Source: Octopus vulgaris (Eukaryota). From it: a DNA stretch of 64,000 nucleotides. Made by a program: the position numbers and the translations under genes. The notes under the pieces are model-generated. The model did no database searches. It saw only the letters and a program-made list of their open reading frames with translations, and had not been told where the DNA came from. Each line of letters opens with the position of its first letter. Position 1 is the stretch's first letter. Shown in pieces: positions 40,290 to 55,269 of this stretch. The stretch spans positions 24,242,001 to 24,306,000 of the forward strand of contig OX597833.1 in NCBI GenBank assembly GCA_951406725.2, read 5' to 3'.

Positions 40290-40940
40290 AAAGCACATCT
40301 TTCACTTTGAAAAATTAGGTTTTGCGAAACAGGAGCAAGAAATTACAAAATACTTGATGCACAAAAGGGACACGGACGATGATAAAAGATCTTGATGAGA
40401 CAATCGATGGTGCCTCCGATGAATTAACATCGTGAACGTAATCCATAAAAGTAATTGCTCGAAAATGTCCTCTCAGGATTACCTACCAACGAGACATGAG
40501 ACCATGGTTAGAAAATTATATAATGAAATCCGTAAAAACGAATGTTCAAAGGGGACAAATATATAGAAACTATCGTGTTATGGAGGGTATAACCACATAT
40601 AATTTGGAGTAATATCGGTGGAATGTCCCTGTGAAGACTTAAGTAAAATGCAAGCTTAGCAGACCAGATAATGTCATCTGAGACAAGGAATAAAGCGATG
40701 CGCAATAGTTGAAATCAGCTGCCCGGAGGATGTGAAGGCGATGTAAACGATTAGTGGAAAGAAATGAATGCGGAAATGAGACATCTGCAGTTACTCAATC
40801 CAGACTACAGTTTTCGATTACTACAAAAAATTATTAGAACTGTTGGTTACTTGAATAGCTACCTAATACCAATCTTGAGAAACTATGTTTGATAAAACCA
40901 GAAAGGATATGTCTAATCAGAACATCCTCAAAGTATAGAA
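40290..40940 (+). mobile_element. Decayed RLE-type non-LTR retrotransposon 3' region (family distinct from 341-1490)
   Basis: FAKQEQEIT, SNCSKMSSQDYLPTRHETMV (C...RH), WNVPVKT, SRPDNVI (PD), IVEISCPED and MRHLQLLNPDYSF. Confidence 0.75.
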
Positions 40941-41329
40941 GGAACAGTTAAAAGAGGCCTGGCACATAATAGGTACATACACACGTGTACAGACATGCAA
41001 ACATATGCTTGAGTACATTAACATACGTCAAATTATGCAATGATATATTTTCCTGCGCCTCTGTATACGTGTATACATGCATCTATGTACACATATATAC
41101 TTAGATGCATACATGCGTGCATACACACCTATATATACGCAACCACATACCTACGTACGCACAAACATGCGTACATATCCTTAAATATATGTATGTATCT
41201 AAGTATAAGTAATGTATGTATATATGTATGAATGTCTGCATGCATATATATATATATTATTTAGCTCAAAATTACATAACTTTCTCTAATCTCTTTGGCT
41301 TCGTGAAAGTTAAAAAACCCACAAAAAGC

Positions 41330-42790
41330 TGTAGTGACTCTGGAATTGGATTATATTCCCGCACTAGTGCTACATGGATAACTACTGAGCCATTTGTATG
41401 AACATGTAAAATTTCTAGTATATTAAGTATATAAATGGCAAATATTCTCTTCTCATTCATGACAAGGAGCCAAAGCATTTAGATCATCCTAATACTATAT
41501 TTGAAATGTGAAAGTGATATTGATGGTGAACTCCTTTTAACATTGGATAGACCTAATGAAAGTGCTTGATTAGAAGGTTGCAACTATTGTTTATCATCTA
41601 GCAAAGGTTTTTATGACATCATGTAGTAGTAATGAGGCGAGTGTAAAGCTGGTGTAAAATCTAGTGTTGCAACAGTTCTCAGGGAATATAGTTCTAATGT
41701 GAAAATTTGATACTAACTTAATCGTAGATTAAGAGTTGCACTGAGAGAAGTTTATGGAATTGATCATTTTCAATCATTTATTGGTAAATTTTTCTCTACT
41801 TACTGCATATCCCATGTAAAACAAACAAAAATATCTGAATGTGATTCTGAGCTAAAACAACAAATCTGCAAAATAGCCTGTGTCAAGTGCACCATGTGTG
41901 TAGGAAGCTTGTTCGAACAATTTCAAGTCTGATAAAATTATGAAGCACCGCGTCTTCATTAACAAAAATAAAAAAAAAAATTTAGAATGAAACAGGATCT
42001 GGGTGTGACAGGAATAAATTATGAAGGTCTGTTGCGCAGGGATCCTTTACAACAGTTTCTATTTGATTCAGACCTAATGTATGATATGTCGCATGAATTT
42101 GGTTTACGGTAAGAATGTTTGTAGAGGGACATTGCTATGATTATTTCTGTGGACAAATTGATCAACAAGTGATCTCCCAACTTGATGCCAATGACACAAG
42201 TTATTATGCAAATTTCTCGCTCTAAATCAGCTCAATCTCATGCAAAAATCTCCAAAAGTAATGTGACAGTTGAAAAGGAGTAGTTTGGAAAAATTACCTC
42301 AAGCAACAGCAGAACTGTCTTCATTAATCAAGTTTCTTAAAAATTGCAGCACCGTTTTGTTTACGACATCCTTGAAAGGTTCTCAAATTTCTGAACCACA
42401 AAGTACGCCTAAATCTCAGCAAAATGAAATGTATGTCCTTGATATATGCATTGGCTTGCTTAATTGTAGTGATGACATCTCTCCGTAAGAGGTTAAAGCC
42501 TTTTGCTTAATTTATCATAAACGCTTGCAATGATTATGTGAAGGATTCTGGACTTCATACTACCATTAATCACCACCACTACTGAGCTGTTTATAACTTA
42601 TTCTTATGAACATGAACATGATAATAACATAATAGTCACATGAACATGATAATAACAGCTCATAAGCCTGTATCAGATTTTAGGTTTGTTAAACTACACA
42701 GAATTTCTCTAGTTATTAAGCTGTGTGTCTGATCATAGCCGCGTTAGCACAGATCAACAAATGACACTACAACAAAAGTTGGAATAGACT
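41330..42790 (+). mobile_element. Decayed hAT transposase of the KIAA1586-like type
   Basis: ASV..GVKSSVATVL, LNRRL (HC..HRL region), ALREVYGIDHFQSFIGK, ECDSELKQQICKI, YEGLLRR, LMYDMSHEFGL and LMNMNMIIT (dimerisation region). Many stops and frameshifts. Confidence 0.75.
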
Positions 42791-43066
42791 CGCCAACACA
42801 AATTATGTCTGACGTATTTTTATAAATTATTGTAACACTTCTCACTGATGGCAACTGCTAAACAAGTAATTTCTTCCAAATTAGTAAAATACATCATTAC
42901 CACCTTTTTCTTTATGTGCTAGATAATTGTATTTTATGACAATTCGTGAGTGCGCGATAGACTGTGCAACCGTGTAATACTTTGTCATATTGAATAAAGT
43001 ATTATGTATTTAATATACGGCTTATGCACTGAAAGGTGCATTGGGCTGGTTTCCGGGTTTCTTTTG

Positions 43067-43137
<71 letters not shown>

Positions 43138-44549
43138 AAAATAAGCAACAAGGCTATCCAGAGGTAATGCAGTACGATCGTTTCACGCAACTCCATTTAA
43201 TTGAACACTGCAAACATTTTAGGGTAGTGCACCATAGAAAAACAAAATTGGTATAAAATTAGATTGTCCCATAACATAAATATTCCCTTAGCTAATACCA
43301 GGTATCAGTTTTTATTGATACTAGCTAAATAAGTAAGCATATAATTTTTAGTTTAGTATATTTTGAATTTTTATACATTTTCTATATATCTTCTCTATTG
43401 TGGTTAATAAGCTACATATACTTTATCATGTTTTTAGTGATTAAGCTATTTTATTCCTTTTCTATGGTGTTCTGCCCTACCTGATTATTTTATTTCTTTA
43501 TTATTTTATATTAGCCTTTATTTATTTATAAAATAAATCTAATATTTGTACCCCTATAAATTCATACGTAGTTTATATATAACAATACTGCTATATTCAC
43601 TACTTAAAATAAACTGCTTAGATTATAATAAAATTAATTTATAGTTAGTATGTTCTTTTACCTCTGTACTCCTTTATTAAATACTAGCATATACCAATTG
43701 ATCAATATTTAAGTTTATAATATGTATAAATATAAATATCAAACTATTTCTGGATAATTTCTTTTCCTCCCTCTATTGTGGTAAAAGTTTGGTATATACA
43801 TTTTATCCTTTTGTTATAATTCTTCTTAATAATCCTCTGAAAAATCCTAAACCTTAACTTTATACAATATCGCAGTATTGCTTAAAATATTTAACTATAG
43901 TACTACATGATAAGATTTCCCCTGTTTCATTATCAATGGTCTGCTAGTGGCCAGCCCCCTTAATTTTCAGCTAACATCTTGATTTAAGTTTTCCAAATGC
44001 CAAATCTTATGATATTGCTTCAAATAAATCTTGATTTTTATGTCTATACCCATTATGATTTCTGTCGACTCCTTCAGCCCTACCCCTAACAGACACGGCC
44101 TTAGATATACAAGGATTTGATAAAACTAGCCTATAAATTAAAACTGACCCCATAAAACAGTGACAAGCAAAATCTGTAACAAGTCTTTCTTCCTGATACC
44201 TTAGTAGCTTTTAAGTGGAAGGAAAGGCAGCATGTTCTTTGTTTATCTCCTTAACTTCTTTGAGATTTCAGGCAAACTTATACTAATGTGTCCATCTGTT
44301 TTAATTTAATTAAATTCTATGTCTTTGTGCAGCTGAGGATTGCTCTGCATTTAAATTGTTGTAATGGTTGCATTGTTAAATTAAATGGAGTTGCGTGAAA
44401 CGATCGTACTGCATTACCTCTGGATATCTTTGTTGCTTATTTTGATTCTAATCACCTTATTTTGAAATTGTATGGATAATACCGTACTAAATTCTGGTGC
44501 CTCAACTTAAGTACCATATTCATCTGAATCTAAATTTTTGCTAAACTTA
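43138..44549 (-). mobile_element. Decayed Penelope-like element bounded by inverted pseudo-LTRs
   Basis: Inverted repeat 43138-43213 vs 44368-44443. Minus-strand relics FMGS...VLSN (RT motif 4 region) and LGFFRGLLRRII (thumb). There is a hammerhead motif in the right repeat. Confidence 0.7.
44328..44413 (+). ncRNA. Type I hammerhead ribozyme motif in the inverted pseudo-LTR
   Basis: UGCAG-CUGAGGA-[57 nt]-GAAAC-GAUC-GUA-CUGCA. Stem I is a perfect 5 bp and stem III is the palindrome ACGAUCGU. The base of stem II is imperfect. Confidence 0.8.
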
Positions 44550-45184
44550 TATATATACACTTATCTAGATGGGACGCCGGTCCATCGCAGGATCACTCAA
44601 TTTTACCAGCTGAGAGGACTGGAGCAGCGTGAAGTGAAGTGTTTCTCTCAAGAACACAACACATCGTTCGGTCCAGGAATGGAAACCACAATCTTACGAT
44701 CATGAGTACAACATCATAACCACTAAGCCTTACGCCGCTTTGTATATTTACATATACATGTGAATACAATATATATATACACGCGTGCCCGTGATTACAA
44801 ACACACACATATATATGGTCTTGTAGGTCTACTGGATTTTACAATTGTATGTTATACGTTTTTATGCTCCGAGTTCAAATCTTATCATTATTGACATCAT
44901 TTTTCTTTATTTGGTAGACAATAACATAAGAATGAAATGGGAAAACCAAGAATTTGCACAAATCTTTCGCTACAATGCGTTGTTCAAAGTACTTAGTCAC
45001 GTCCCTTATGTTCTGAGTTCAAATCAAGTAAACTGCGCTGCCTTATGCTCTCCATCCCATAAGTGTCGGTAAAGAATCTGCTATAATGTATTAGATACAA
45101 GAGACCAGCCTGTCCCTAATTTTTACTGTTGGGACACCCTTGAAATACACTCTAGCTTTCAGGGAACACATACATAGAAGTGTG

Positions 45185-45439
45185 TAGGCGTGACTGCGCT
45201 GTTAGGACGCTTGCCACTCAACCATCTGGTCTTGGGTTCAGTCCCACTGCACAGCACCTTTGGAAAGTGTCTGTGTCTTGTACTATTGGCTCGAGGCGAC
45301 TAAAAGCCCTAGTGTGTATTTGGAGCAGACGGTCACACACACACACACATGGAAAGATAAGCAGACAGATGATAAATAGATAGATATGTATACAAACATA
45401 CACAAATCCACACACACACACACACACACACGTAATACA

Positions 45440-45470
<31 letters not shown>

Positions 45471-45675
45471 TACATGTGTGTGTATTTGAGTTTGTAGTTG
45501 TAGTCCCTCACCACCGCATGAAAATCGGTGTTGTTTTGTTTACGCCCCCGTAACATAGTGGTTTGGCAAAAATTAAGTAATGAAGTTGATTTGCTAACCT
45601 AAACCCCTTGATAGCGGTGCTCCAGCATAGCCAAAGTCCAATAAGTGAAACAAGTAATAGACAACAGATAAAAGA
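45185..45675 (+). mobile_element. Diverged family B SINE (another copy at 46205-46735)
   Basis: GGGTTCAGTCCCACTGCACAGCACCTTTGGAAAGTGTC head and core, and a GCGGTGCTCCAGCAT tail. Confidence 0.8.
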
Positions 45676-46363
45676 TACATCTTTATTAATGTTTTTTTTC
45701 TTTCTTTTCCTAAACGAATTTCATAAGAGACTAAATAAACCATAAAAATATTTTTGAAATATTTGACAAAGCTAAACCCGTCTGACGTCACTAAGACAGC
45801 TCAAGAAATATCGTCATAACAAAAGCTTCAGACCAAATTATCTTAGAATTCTTATTAGAAATCAATTTTGCCGAAGTGTCACCTCACTATCAAATAATGC
45901 CAAAATTACGTGAATAATTCAATTAAGTAAACACAAAAATGACTCAAAGACACATAGGCATATAATAAACCTATCAATTGCATTTTCTCACAGAACTGAT
46001 TAATGATTTCTTACGGAAAAATAGACACTCAGAGAAACCTCAGCTGGAAAACTCTACTATAAACTATTCAATCCTCCACAAATGTATACAAAATTGCTTA
46101 CAGAGTTAAAAATCTAGACATAGTAAGTAAAAATAATGGATCTTCTGTCAGTTTTGGCGAAGAATGTTCCAGTTGCTCGATCACAAAATTTTTCAATCCA
46201 TTGACGTAGGGATGGCTGTGTGGTTAAAAGGCCCACTTTACAACCGTTTGCTTTCGAGTTAAGTTTGAGTCTGCGGCATCTTGGGGTTATGTCTTCAACT
46301 GTAGCCCCTGGGCCGACCAATGTGAGTAAATTTGGTAGACGGGAACTATGTGGAAATCTATCA

Positions 46364-46507
<144 letters not shown>

Positions 46508-46829
46508 AACTCTGTGTGTGTGTATGTGTGTGTGTGAGTGTTGTGTATGTCTGCGTTTGTGTTTGTCTCTCATCGATTGATAATCGGCGTTTGTACGTCC
46601 CCTAACTTAGCGTTTTGGCAAAAGATTCGATAAAATATGTTCCCGACTAGAACAAAATAAGTACTGGGGTTGATTTGTTCGACTAAACCCTTTAAGGCGG
46701 TGCCCCAACATGACCGTAGTCCAATGACCGAACTGTGAATCGGTGGAAACGTTAGTGTCAGTTATTCAGTGACGATGTTTTCATTCTCAGTTCAAACCTC
46801 AACGAGATCTGCTATGCCCTTTATCCTTC

Positions 46830-47300
46830 TTTCCTTTTCACCATATTTCTTATCTGGTGCAACTTCTACGAAACCACTAGAATGTAAAGGCTTGTACCTT
46901 AAAACGTACAGTTGTATCCTTAATATAATAACCAGTCAGAATAAAATTGGCGCTGAGTGTGATAATAGGGGTTTCCTTTGAATTACAGCTATTGACAGTC
47001 TGGGCGAACATCCACACCGTTTCTAGCTTCCCAATTTCACTTACATGGATAGCTAAAGGACCTATGTACTGACGACATATGTTCTCAGAACAGCACAAAA
47101 GAATCGAAATGAAGGTGTCATGAGTGTGAAGTTCACTTATTAACTATTTCGTCATATTGCTATATCTATATACTATAAAGTAAAAGGAGCCTCCGTCAGA
47201 TTGAGATAATGTTCCAGTTGATCTATCTTGTTGCTATATTAAAGTAATCTTCTGACAGCCGAATTAATTTTTCAACCTCTCTGGCGAACATTCCAGTTAT
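46830..47300 (-). mobile_element. Possible AP-endonuclease N-terminal relic of an RTE LINE
   Basis: NWNVR...INWNIISI resembles TWNVR...WNIIGLSE. Confidence 0.45.
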
Positions 47301-48025
47301 TGGTCTCAAATTTGGTACAAGGCCAACAAGTTTGGGGGAAGAGATAAGTCGATTACATTGACCCTAGTGCTCAAATGGTACTCATTTTAACGACTCTGAA
47401 ATGATGAAAGGCAAAGTCGACTTCAGCGGAATTTGAACTCAGAACGTAAAGACGCCTCAGGACATCCCATTTATTGATTGGTCTACAAGAGGCTATTGTA
47501 GACACTACTTGGGCGAAGTGATGTGCCGAAAGGTCGAACTTAAGATTTCATTACGAAAAATGTCTTAAACATTTCTATATCTGCACAGATACCCGAACAC
47601 TTACACGCAAAGATACAAACACATGCAGACACGTACACACTCACATCCCTCTATGAAACTATGAGGTATTCTACAACACCTGCATTTTGAATGCTGCAGC
47701 AGTCTAGTCTTTGTGTTTGTTATGTTGTCCGTGGCACTTCAATAATCCAAAAGGATTAGGGTCAGGGCTTGTCATATGAACAGTGTTTAATAATAGAAGG
47801 GATTTATTGTCTTCACGAAAGTTTCCTTCGGCGGGAAAAGGTTAATACTGTTGGCAAATGTAAACACCACGGAAATAAAATATGTGAAACATTGTTATCC
47901 GAGCGTCCTACCCCACGCGCACCCACAAACATGTGTATTTATGTATGTATGTATGTATGTACGTATGTATGTATGTATGTATGTATGTATGTATACACAC
48001 ACACATATATATATATATATAATCA

Positions 48026-48118
<93 letters not shown>

Positions 48119-48366
48119 ATCTATACATATTGATGTATTTAGGGATGGTCATTTTTTTGTCAAATAAACATACACACTATATATTTTTTCTTCACTTGTT
48201 TATTACTGTTCTTATTTTATCATTTTAACTCATGTCCATTGTCTAGAAATCGTCACACACCTCTTCAGCGACAATTTTCGTTTTTGTGCGTGTTCTTGAT
48301 CCACTTGCTCCATTCAGTTAATCTAAGATGTGTATCTTTATGTGCGCATGCGTTTGTGTCCTTGCT

Positions 48367-48418
<52 letters not shown>

Positions 48419-48502
48419 TGTTTCTGTATCATAGTTGTTAGCAGCAGTGTGGCCGTCCCCGCAGCCCCAGCCTCTCACCCCATTGTGCTGCTGCTGTCAT
48501 AA

Positions 48503-49192
48503 GACCTTCTTTAGCCTGGGGTGCCGGTGTTTCTTCTTTTCCTACCTACTGTCTTTTGTGTTTGACATTTTTATGGAGAACCCATTTCTCGTCACCAGTC
48601 ACTATTCGGTCCAAAAACGGTTTATTCCTGAGACGTAACAGCAAAGAAGAGCACACATTCACTCTCTGCGCACGATTATGCTCGGAAAGTTTGCGAGGAA
48701 CCCATTGACCCAATTTGGTGACTTTTCTGTTGGCACGCAGGTGTCGATGAATGGTTGAATGACCAAATCTAATCTTCTCTACTAGTTCCTCAACAGTTAC
48801 GATGGGATTTTGTTCCACCAGGGTTTGCAGGACGTCCTCGTCGAGATTTACAGATCTTACAGGACGAGACTCATCTAAGCTGGAGTTTCCGGCTTGGAAT
48901 TTCAGATCCCCATATACTGCATTAATATTCCTCGCACTTTCAGCTGCGTGGTTGCCTTTATTGAACTCATAAAGCAAAATATGCCGAATATACTCCTTTG
49001 TCGCTTCCACTATAGCTTTGAAAAAATTACTGTTAAAATTGAACCACACTCTTCCAAACTTGCAATATGAACAAGTGCAAGGTAAACTTATTGCCTACTT
49101 TGTTGCAAGTTGGTGCTGGTAATTTATCCCGTCCCCCTCCAACTTTTAGTTCATGTAATTGAAAAAACCTCATTATTCATGGGATGACTTAA
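48503..49192 (-). mobile_element. Mariner 5' half (TIR, HTH, WVP motif, first catalytic Asp)
   Basis: IRHILLYEFNKG..AAESARNINAVYG, KLGQWVPRKLS and FLDRIVTGDEKWV. TIR-like TTAAGTCATCCCATGAATAATG next to TA at 49193-49194. Confidence 0.93.
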
Positions 49193-49620
49193 TACATATG
49201 TACACCACCCTCCCACACATAAGGGTGTGTATGATTGTGTATAGAAGAATATATTACTCAAAGAAATTCCAGCTTTGATGTTCACGTTTTATTTACACTC
49301 TTATAAAAATATAATATAATATAATGAAATGATAGAATATTAAATGTCCATTCAGATTGAACTAGTACTTTCATGCATTAGACTATGCAATCTTCAAATT
49401 CATGTAGCAGAGGTGACAGCTATATTCTACAATTTACAACTGTATATATATGTACGTATGTAAATTCACACACACACATGTATGCATGTATGTGTTTGTA
49501 TACACACATACATATGTCTATGTCTGGTACTATTTATCGACATGCGTTGTCAAAAAATATTCAGTAACATCGTCAAACAGGCACATAGGTGCGACATCAC
49601 GTTTAAAGAGCCCAAATGCC

Positions 49621-49657
<37 letters not shown>

Positions 49658-49719
49658 TCTATCTAGCTATGTAGCTAGCTAGCTACACATTAGTAACTGT
49701 ACATATTCATATCTAGGTT

Positions 49720-50850
49720 AATTAGCACCGTCAAGTCTGAGATTAGATTGGTTGGCAAGAAAATTTATAGGTACATAGATAATATCATTAAGAAAGCAAC
49801 TAACTTCCAACAATAGTATAATATAATAGTATTACCGTCATTTGTTGATTTAACAATGGCTACAAGGAAATTAACCTAAAATCCATCCGAACTGTCATCG
49901 TTCAGTTTTAACTTTTAATATGTTAATCCCTACTCATTAGTGTTTTAGAATTTGTTAAGACTTACAATGCTATTGAAAGTAATAAAACAGAGATTTTCAT
50001 GAATAACAGGATAATCCTAAGTTTTGACAAAGATTCAGCTGGTGTCAAAAATTCACACCTAGCAAATTCTTTCGATGTTTGCGTGGCAGTGATCTAGTGA
50101 GATCACTCAGTAAATCCTAGTCGTACTAAACAAGACATTTACTACATTGAAATGACAGATTGGCTTAGCGCCAAGTTCGACAATTTTTGGACATACTGAG
50201 ATATCATTTCTCGAACACATTGAATATTTAAGGCCGAAAAATAAAAATTGTAACTAATTGAAGACATTGTTAATTTCTTAAGCGTTACTCTCAATCAAGC
50301 AAAAGAGTATCAAATTTGTCATTTATAAAGAAATCTTCGCAAAGCAGCCTTCTATCATTAAATCTTAGAATCCAGCGGAATTAAAGATTAGATTAACTGC
50401 ATCCAAAATATGTAGACATACAGAAATATAATACTGTTTACAATGAACTTTTCATTAAATATTATGTCTAAATTTGGCCTGAATTTTTCAACTTTAATCG
50501 CCAAACACTTACCCTTCAAATCAAAAATAAGAAGCATTATTCTGGAGGAATAAACTTATATTATTTTAGAACTCCTCCACTATCATAAAGAATCTTATAA
50601 TTTATAATTCACATAAATCAACCCTGGCAAACTATACATACAAGAACACCAACATATGTGTACTCAGTTGGTAATATAATACTAAAGGAACCGTATATGA
50701 AACAGAAGTCACTTCCACTAAACCAGACCTAGAACTAGCACATACACTTTCCACAGGTTATCCCGAAGGACAATTTAAACAATGATACTTTAAACATATT
50801 TCTGCCATTAGACACACTGAATAGAGAAGTGTGGTGAAATTATCTAATTC
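49720..50850 (+). mobile_element. Decayed Penelope-like element (RT to GIY-YIG)
   Basis: NSFDVCV (FDVTMG-like), KGTVYETEVTS and EGQFKQ*YFKHISAIRH (GIY-YIG VY...YIG...FK.R...H). Confidence 0.7.
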
Positions 50851-51189
50851 TTGCATCTTGCGCAAGTGCTTTTATACATAAATGCACTTGCGCAAGATGC
50901 ATGGCGCACGTACACTCGCTCACACAAGCATCCACGAAGATGTAAGCATACCCACACGGAGGGTTTGGTGCGCACACATTCACATAGCGAGTTAAATAGC
51001 TACTTGGTGTTTATAAGAACGGGGAAGTTAAAGCTAATCTTAATTCATCCATACTTTAAAGTAAATTATGTTTACTGTTACTCAAATTCATTCCCATTGC
51101 ATTATAAGAAAGTACATTTATATGCATGTAGGCATCTTGAGAGACTTTCAGAAATTCTATTAATGATCTCCTGGAAATGATATATAGTT

Positions 51190-52285
51190 TTGCGTGTCTT
51201 GCTATTCTGAAATAAATCAACCGTTTGCCCAATGTAAACATGCGGCCCTCCCCTTGTGTGCACGGTACATTTATATACAAGATTTGTACTCATACAGAGA
51301 TTCATCAATGGGCATTTTGATTATTCTCTGCATGATCATTTATAATATTTATTTGTATATATGACTTCATTTTCCGACGTTGTTACTGGGTTAGCTACAT
51401 CATGATCATTTCTGCTATCACAATTTGGCTGCATTTGGTGCTTTCTATTGTGGTTTACGTCTCCTTCGTTGGTAGATGCGTATGTTTGTTAGATCCAATA
51501 GGTGGGTTATTGAACTGTTGTCCCATTTTACTATTGCTTATGCAGTGTATATGTTGCTCTAAATTAGTAGAGTTAGCGCAGGATAACTTCACGGTGTGCC
51601 GATTAAAAATAACATGGTATCTATTAGATTTAGGAAAACGTTTGTCTAAAGCGACATTGGTGTTCTTGTATGTATAGTTAGCCACGGTTGATTTGTGCGA
51701 ATTATTAATTAAAAGATTCTTTATGATAGTGGAGGAGTTCTAAAATAATATAAGTTTATTCCTCCAGAATAATGCTTCTTATTTTTGGTTGAAACATGCA
51801 AACTGAAAACTGGGTTGTACCAGATAACATCAGGATTCCTATATCTCTTGTTTGATCTAGTGAGTTGTACAGTATTGGAACAATTTACTGTGTTATAAGC
51901 AGTTGATTATTGTGTTGTGTGCGTCTATGAGTTTTCGTTGGTAGTTCATTGCTACCAATTCTTCCTACCCTGTATTCTCGATCTGAGTAAGTTCTCATAC
52001 CGTAACGTTGTGATGGTGCACATTATTATTATTGAAGGAACTGACAGTGTTGTGTATGGCTGCTTCTTGTATATATTGAATTTTCTTATGGTATTCAGCC
52101 ATGTGATTCGAAAATTTTTTATTGGCAGATAATCTAGAAATTCTTGTAGAAATATTCTTAACTAATGCCCGCATTATCGAGGGTGGATGGCTGGATGCCA
52201 CATTTATGTATTCAATATGCTAGATGTCTCGAAACATTTGTTGTGATTAATAAAAATTTTCATATCTTCTATCGTCTTTCATTTG
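51190..52285 (-). mobile_element. Decayed Penelope-like element (thumb, linker and GIY-YIG)
   Basis: SSHPPSIMRALVKNISTRISRLSAN, DVIWYNPVFSLHVST and ALDKRFPKSNRYHVIFNRHTVKLSC. Confidence 0.88.
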
Positions 52286-52311
52286 CCATATATATATATA
52301 TCTTTTGCTTG

Positions 52312-52376
<65 letters not shown>

Positions 52377-53028
52377 GTGTGTGTGTATGTATACACGCAA
52401 AAGATAAAATATATTTTTATTTATGTATACACACACATGCATACATAACATACATACATACATGCATAGTGTGCGTATCTGGGAAGAGACATATGTATTC
52501 AAATACACGCCACATATATGTATTAATATATATACGTGTAACTATCTATTTACCTATCTATATATATATGTTTGCTTTCAAGTGAAATATTATATAACAG
52601 AAGCCAGTCATTAACTTGAAGGCCTGCTCGACACCTTTCTGTAGAGTAACAAATATTTTAATAGCAAAAATTACTTAGAAGTTTCGACTATGCACGTATC
52701 ACATAAAATTGCACAAAAATAATAAACGCAAATACAGGAATTTTTGCAGAAAGAAATCTTCAGGATAACTAGCTTACTCTTGACAACCATCTTTGCCTTG
52801 CTGAAGTGTAAGAATTACGTATTTCATTATCGTCAAAATGTATACATATATAAGCATTGGCATTAGTGTTCAAGTGCATAATAATATTAATGAATGAACG
52901 TGGCACATTCGCACCAAGCTCTCGGTATCTTTTACATTGTCAAATGTTTTAGAAAGGTCAACAATAGCTGTCACAACATTGCATTTTAGAAGCAGCAGGC
53001 GTCGATGCAATATTCTTTACGCAACTGT

Positions 53029-53068
<40 letters not shown>

Positions 53069-54010
53069 AAGAAGAAGAAGAATTTCTGTTTGGCTTGAAT
53101 GCAGACTGGAAACTTAGAATCAGTTCTATTCTTGTAGTCAGTCTTATGCATATGAGTATTGGTGGTGATGAGCAATATTCCTTTTTAATTTGAAATGTTC
53201 ATGCATGCGCATGTTCATACGTACGCAAGCAAGTATGTGTGTGTGCTTAAATATATATATGTCATGCCAAAATGTGTAAAGATCTAGGCATAGGTGCAAA
53301 TGTTTAAAGATCTATGCACTAGCGCATAATAATATTAATGAATGGATTTGGAAACCAACTGCACATCACAAACAATAAAAAAAAAGGAGAATCGTGGAGA
53401 AAACTACACCATATCTAAATGGATCAAAGCGATATAAGTTGTGCATAACAAAAAGATCGCACGTTCGTTTTAGATCCAAGAATTCCATCCGAAATATTTA
53501 GCAAATGCAAAAACGTGAACAGATTTCTTTTGCCGAACTGGAGGACACCACCCTCTCCGGATTAAGTAGCTATCTCACAGACTTTGGCCTCCTCTCTGCT
53601 ATATGTTTTTACATTAACTAGATTAATTATAATTTCAACAGACAAAGGGGATGTAAATTTTGGTTTTCTTAATTTTCGATTATTTTTTTTGCGTTCCACT
53701 TTTTATGTTAACCTCCTTCACGTTTTACATCTCAATTTTTTAACATGTTTTTTTTTTGTACTGACCTTGAAAGGTTACTCCGAGACACATGCTATGCTAT
53801 ATAAACCTGCCAGACTATTGTATCTCAACAGTATGAAAATATTAGTAGCTGTCTTTTAAATCCTGTGCGTGTGTATGTGTGTGTAGGTATGTGTGTGTGT
53901 GTGCGTGTGTGTGTAATTAACATATATACATGTATATGTATGAAATATATATATATAGACATGTATATGTGTATATATATATATATTTCATATATATATA
54001 TATAGACATG

Positions 54011-54163
<153 letters not shown>

Positions 54164-54330
54164 TAGATAAATATGCATATATATATACTTGTGTATGAGT
54201 GTATGCAAAAACACGTATTTATAAGCATGTATGCATGTGTATAATGTGTGTCTGTGTATATTCATATATATGTACATATATGTATATGTATGTATACACA
54301 TGCATGTATGTATGTATGTATGTATATATG

Positions 54331-54381
<51 letters not shown>

Positions 54382-55269
54382 GTAGATAGATTGATAGATA
54401 TTGTATGTAGAGATGTATATACACATATCCATTTCATGCGTCGAACATGTTGATAATGGTAGTTGGTAGTGGTGGTGATAAAAGGGTGAATGATATCGTT
54501 CTAATCAAACACCTACATATGTTCTCACCTGCAATCCGTTCAACCACATTCATCACGGCACGCCGCCACCGCCTCTGCCTATAAAGATGTCGACAACGAC
54601 GATGACGAGGCCCCCCCACCATCACTATACATTACGCGCTACAACTAGTATTTCAGGCATCCATTCTCACATCAGACACGCAAACCCATGTCACACCTGA
54701 ACAATATTTACAATACTAGAAATGAATAAATTCTTAAGATGAACAAAAGAAAGCGATAAAGTTTGTGATTTGAACACCAAGAGACAAAACCTCCGTGACT
54801 TAAATACATATTTATGTACAAACACACATATGCATATATGTTATACATACGCATAAACACACGAGTAAGTAAAGACGTATACGCATACACATTGATACAC
54901 ACATACACACACTTACATCTCCACGTACATAAATATATATAGAAACACACATGTACTTATGCACAGACACACTCATATATACACGACAGACAACTTTCGA
55001 CAAAAATGGACGATTAATAATCGTAGAAATGTTTATAAATGTAAATATTTACTTATTTATTTTTTTAATAATAATCGTAGAAATATAACAATGCTAACAT
55101 ATATACACACATACATATACATACAATTCAACGTGTGAAACCGTTAATCACCGCACGTTTTTTTTTCCTTCAGTAGAAGTGGGTAGACACGAAATATCAA
55201 AGAATTCTCCAATTTTTCTTGAGAGTCAAGCCTATACACCTTCTTCGTCGTTGGTGTTTGATTAGAACA

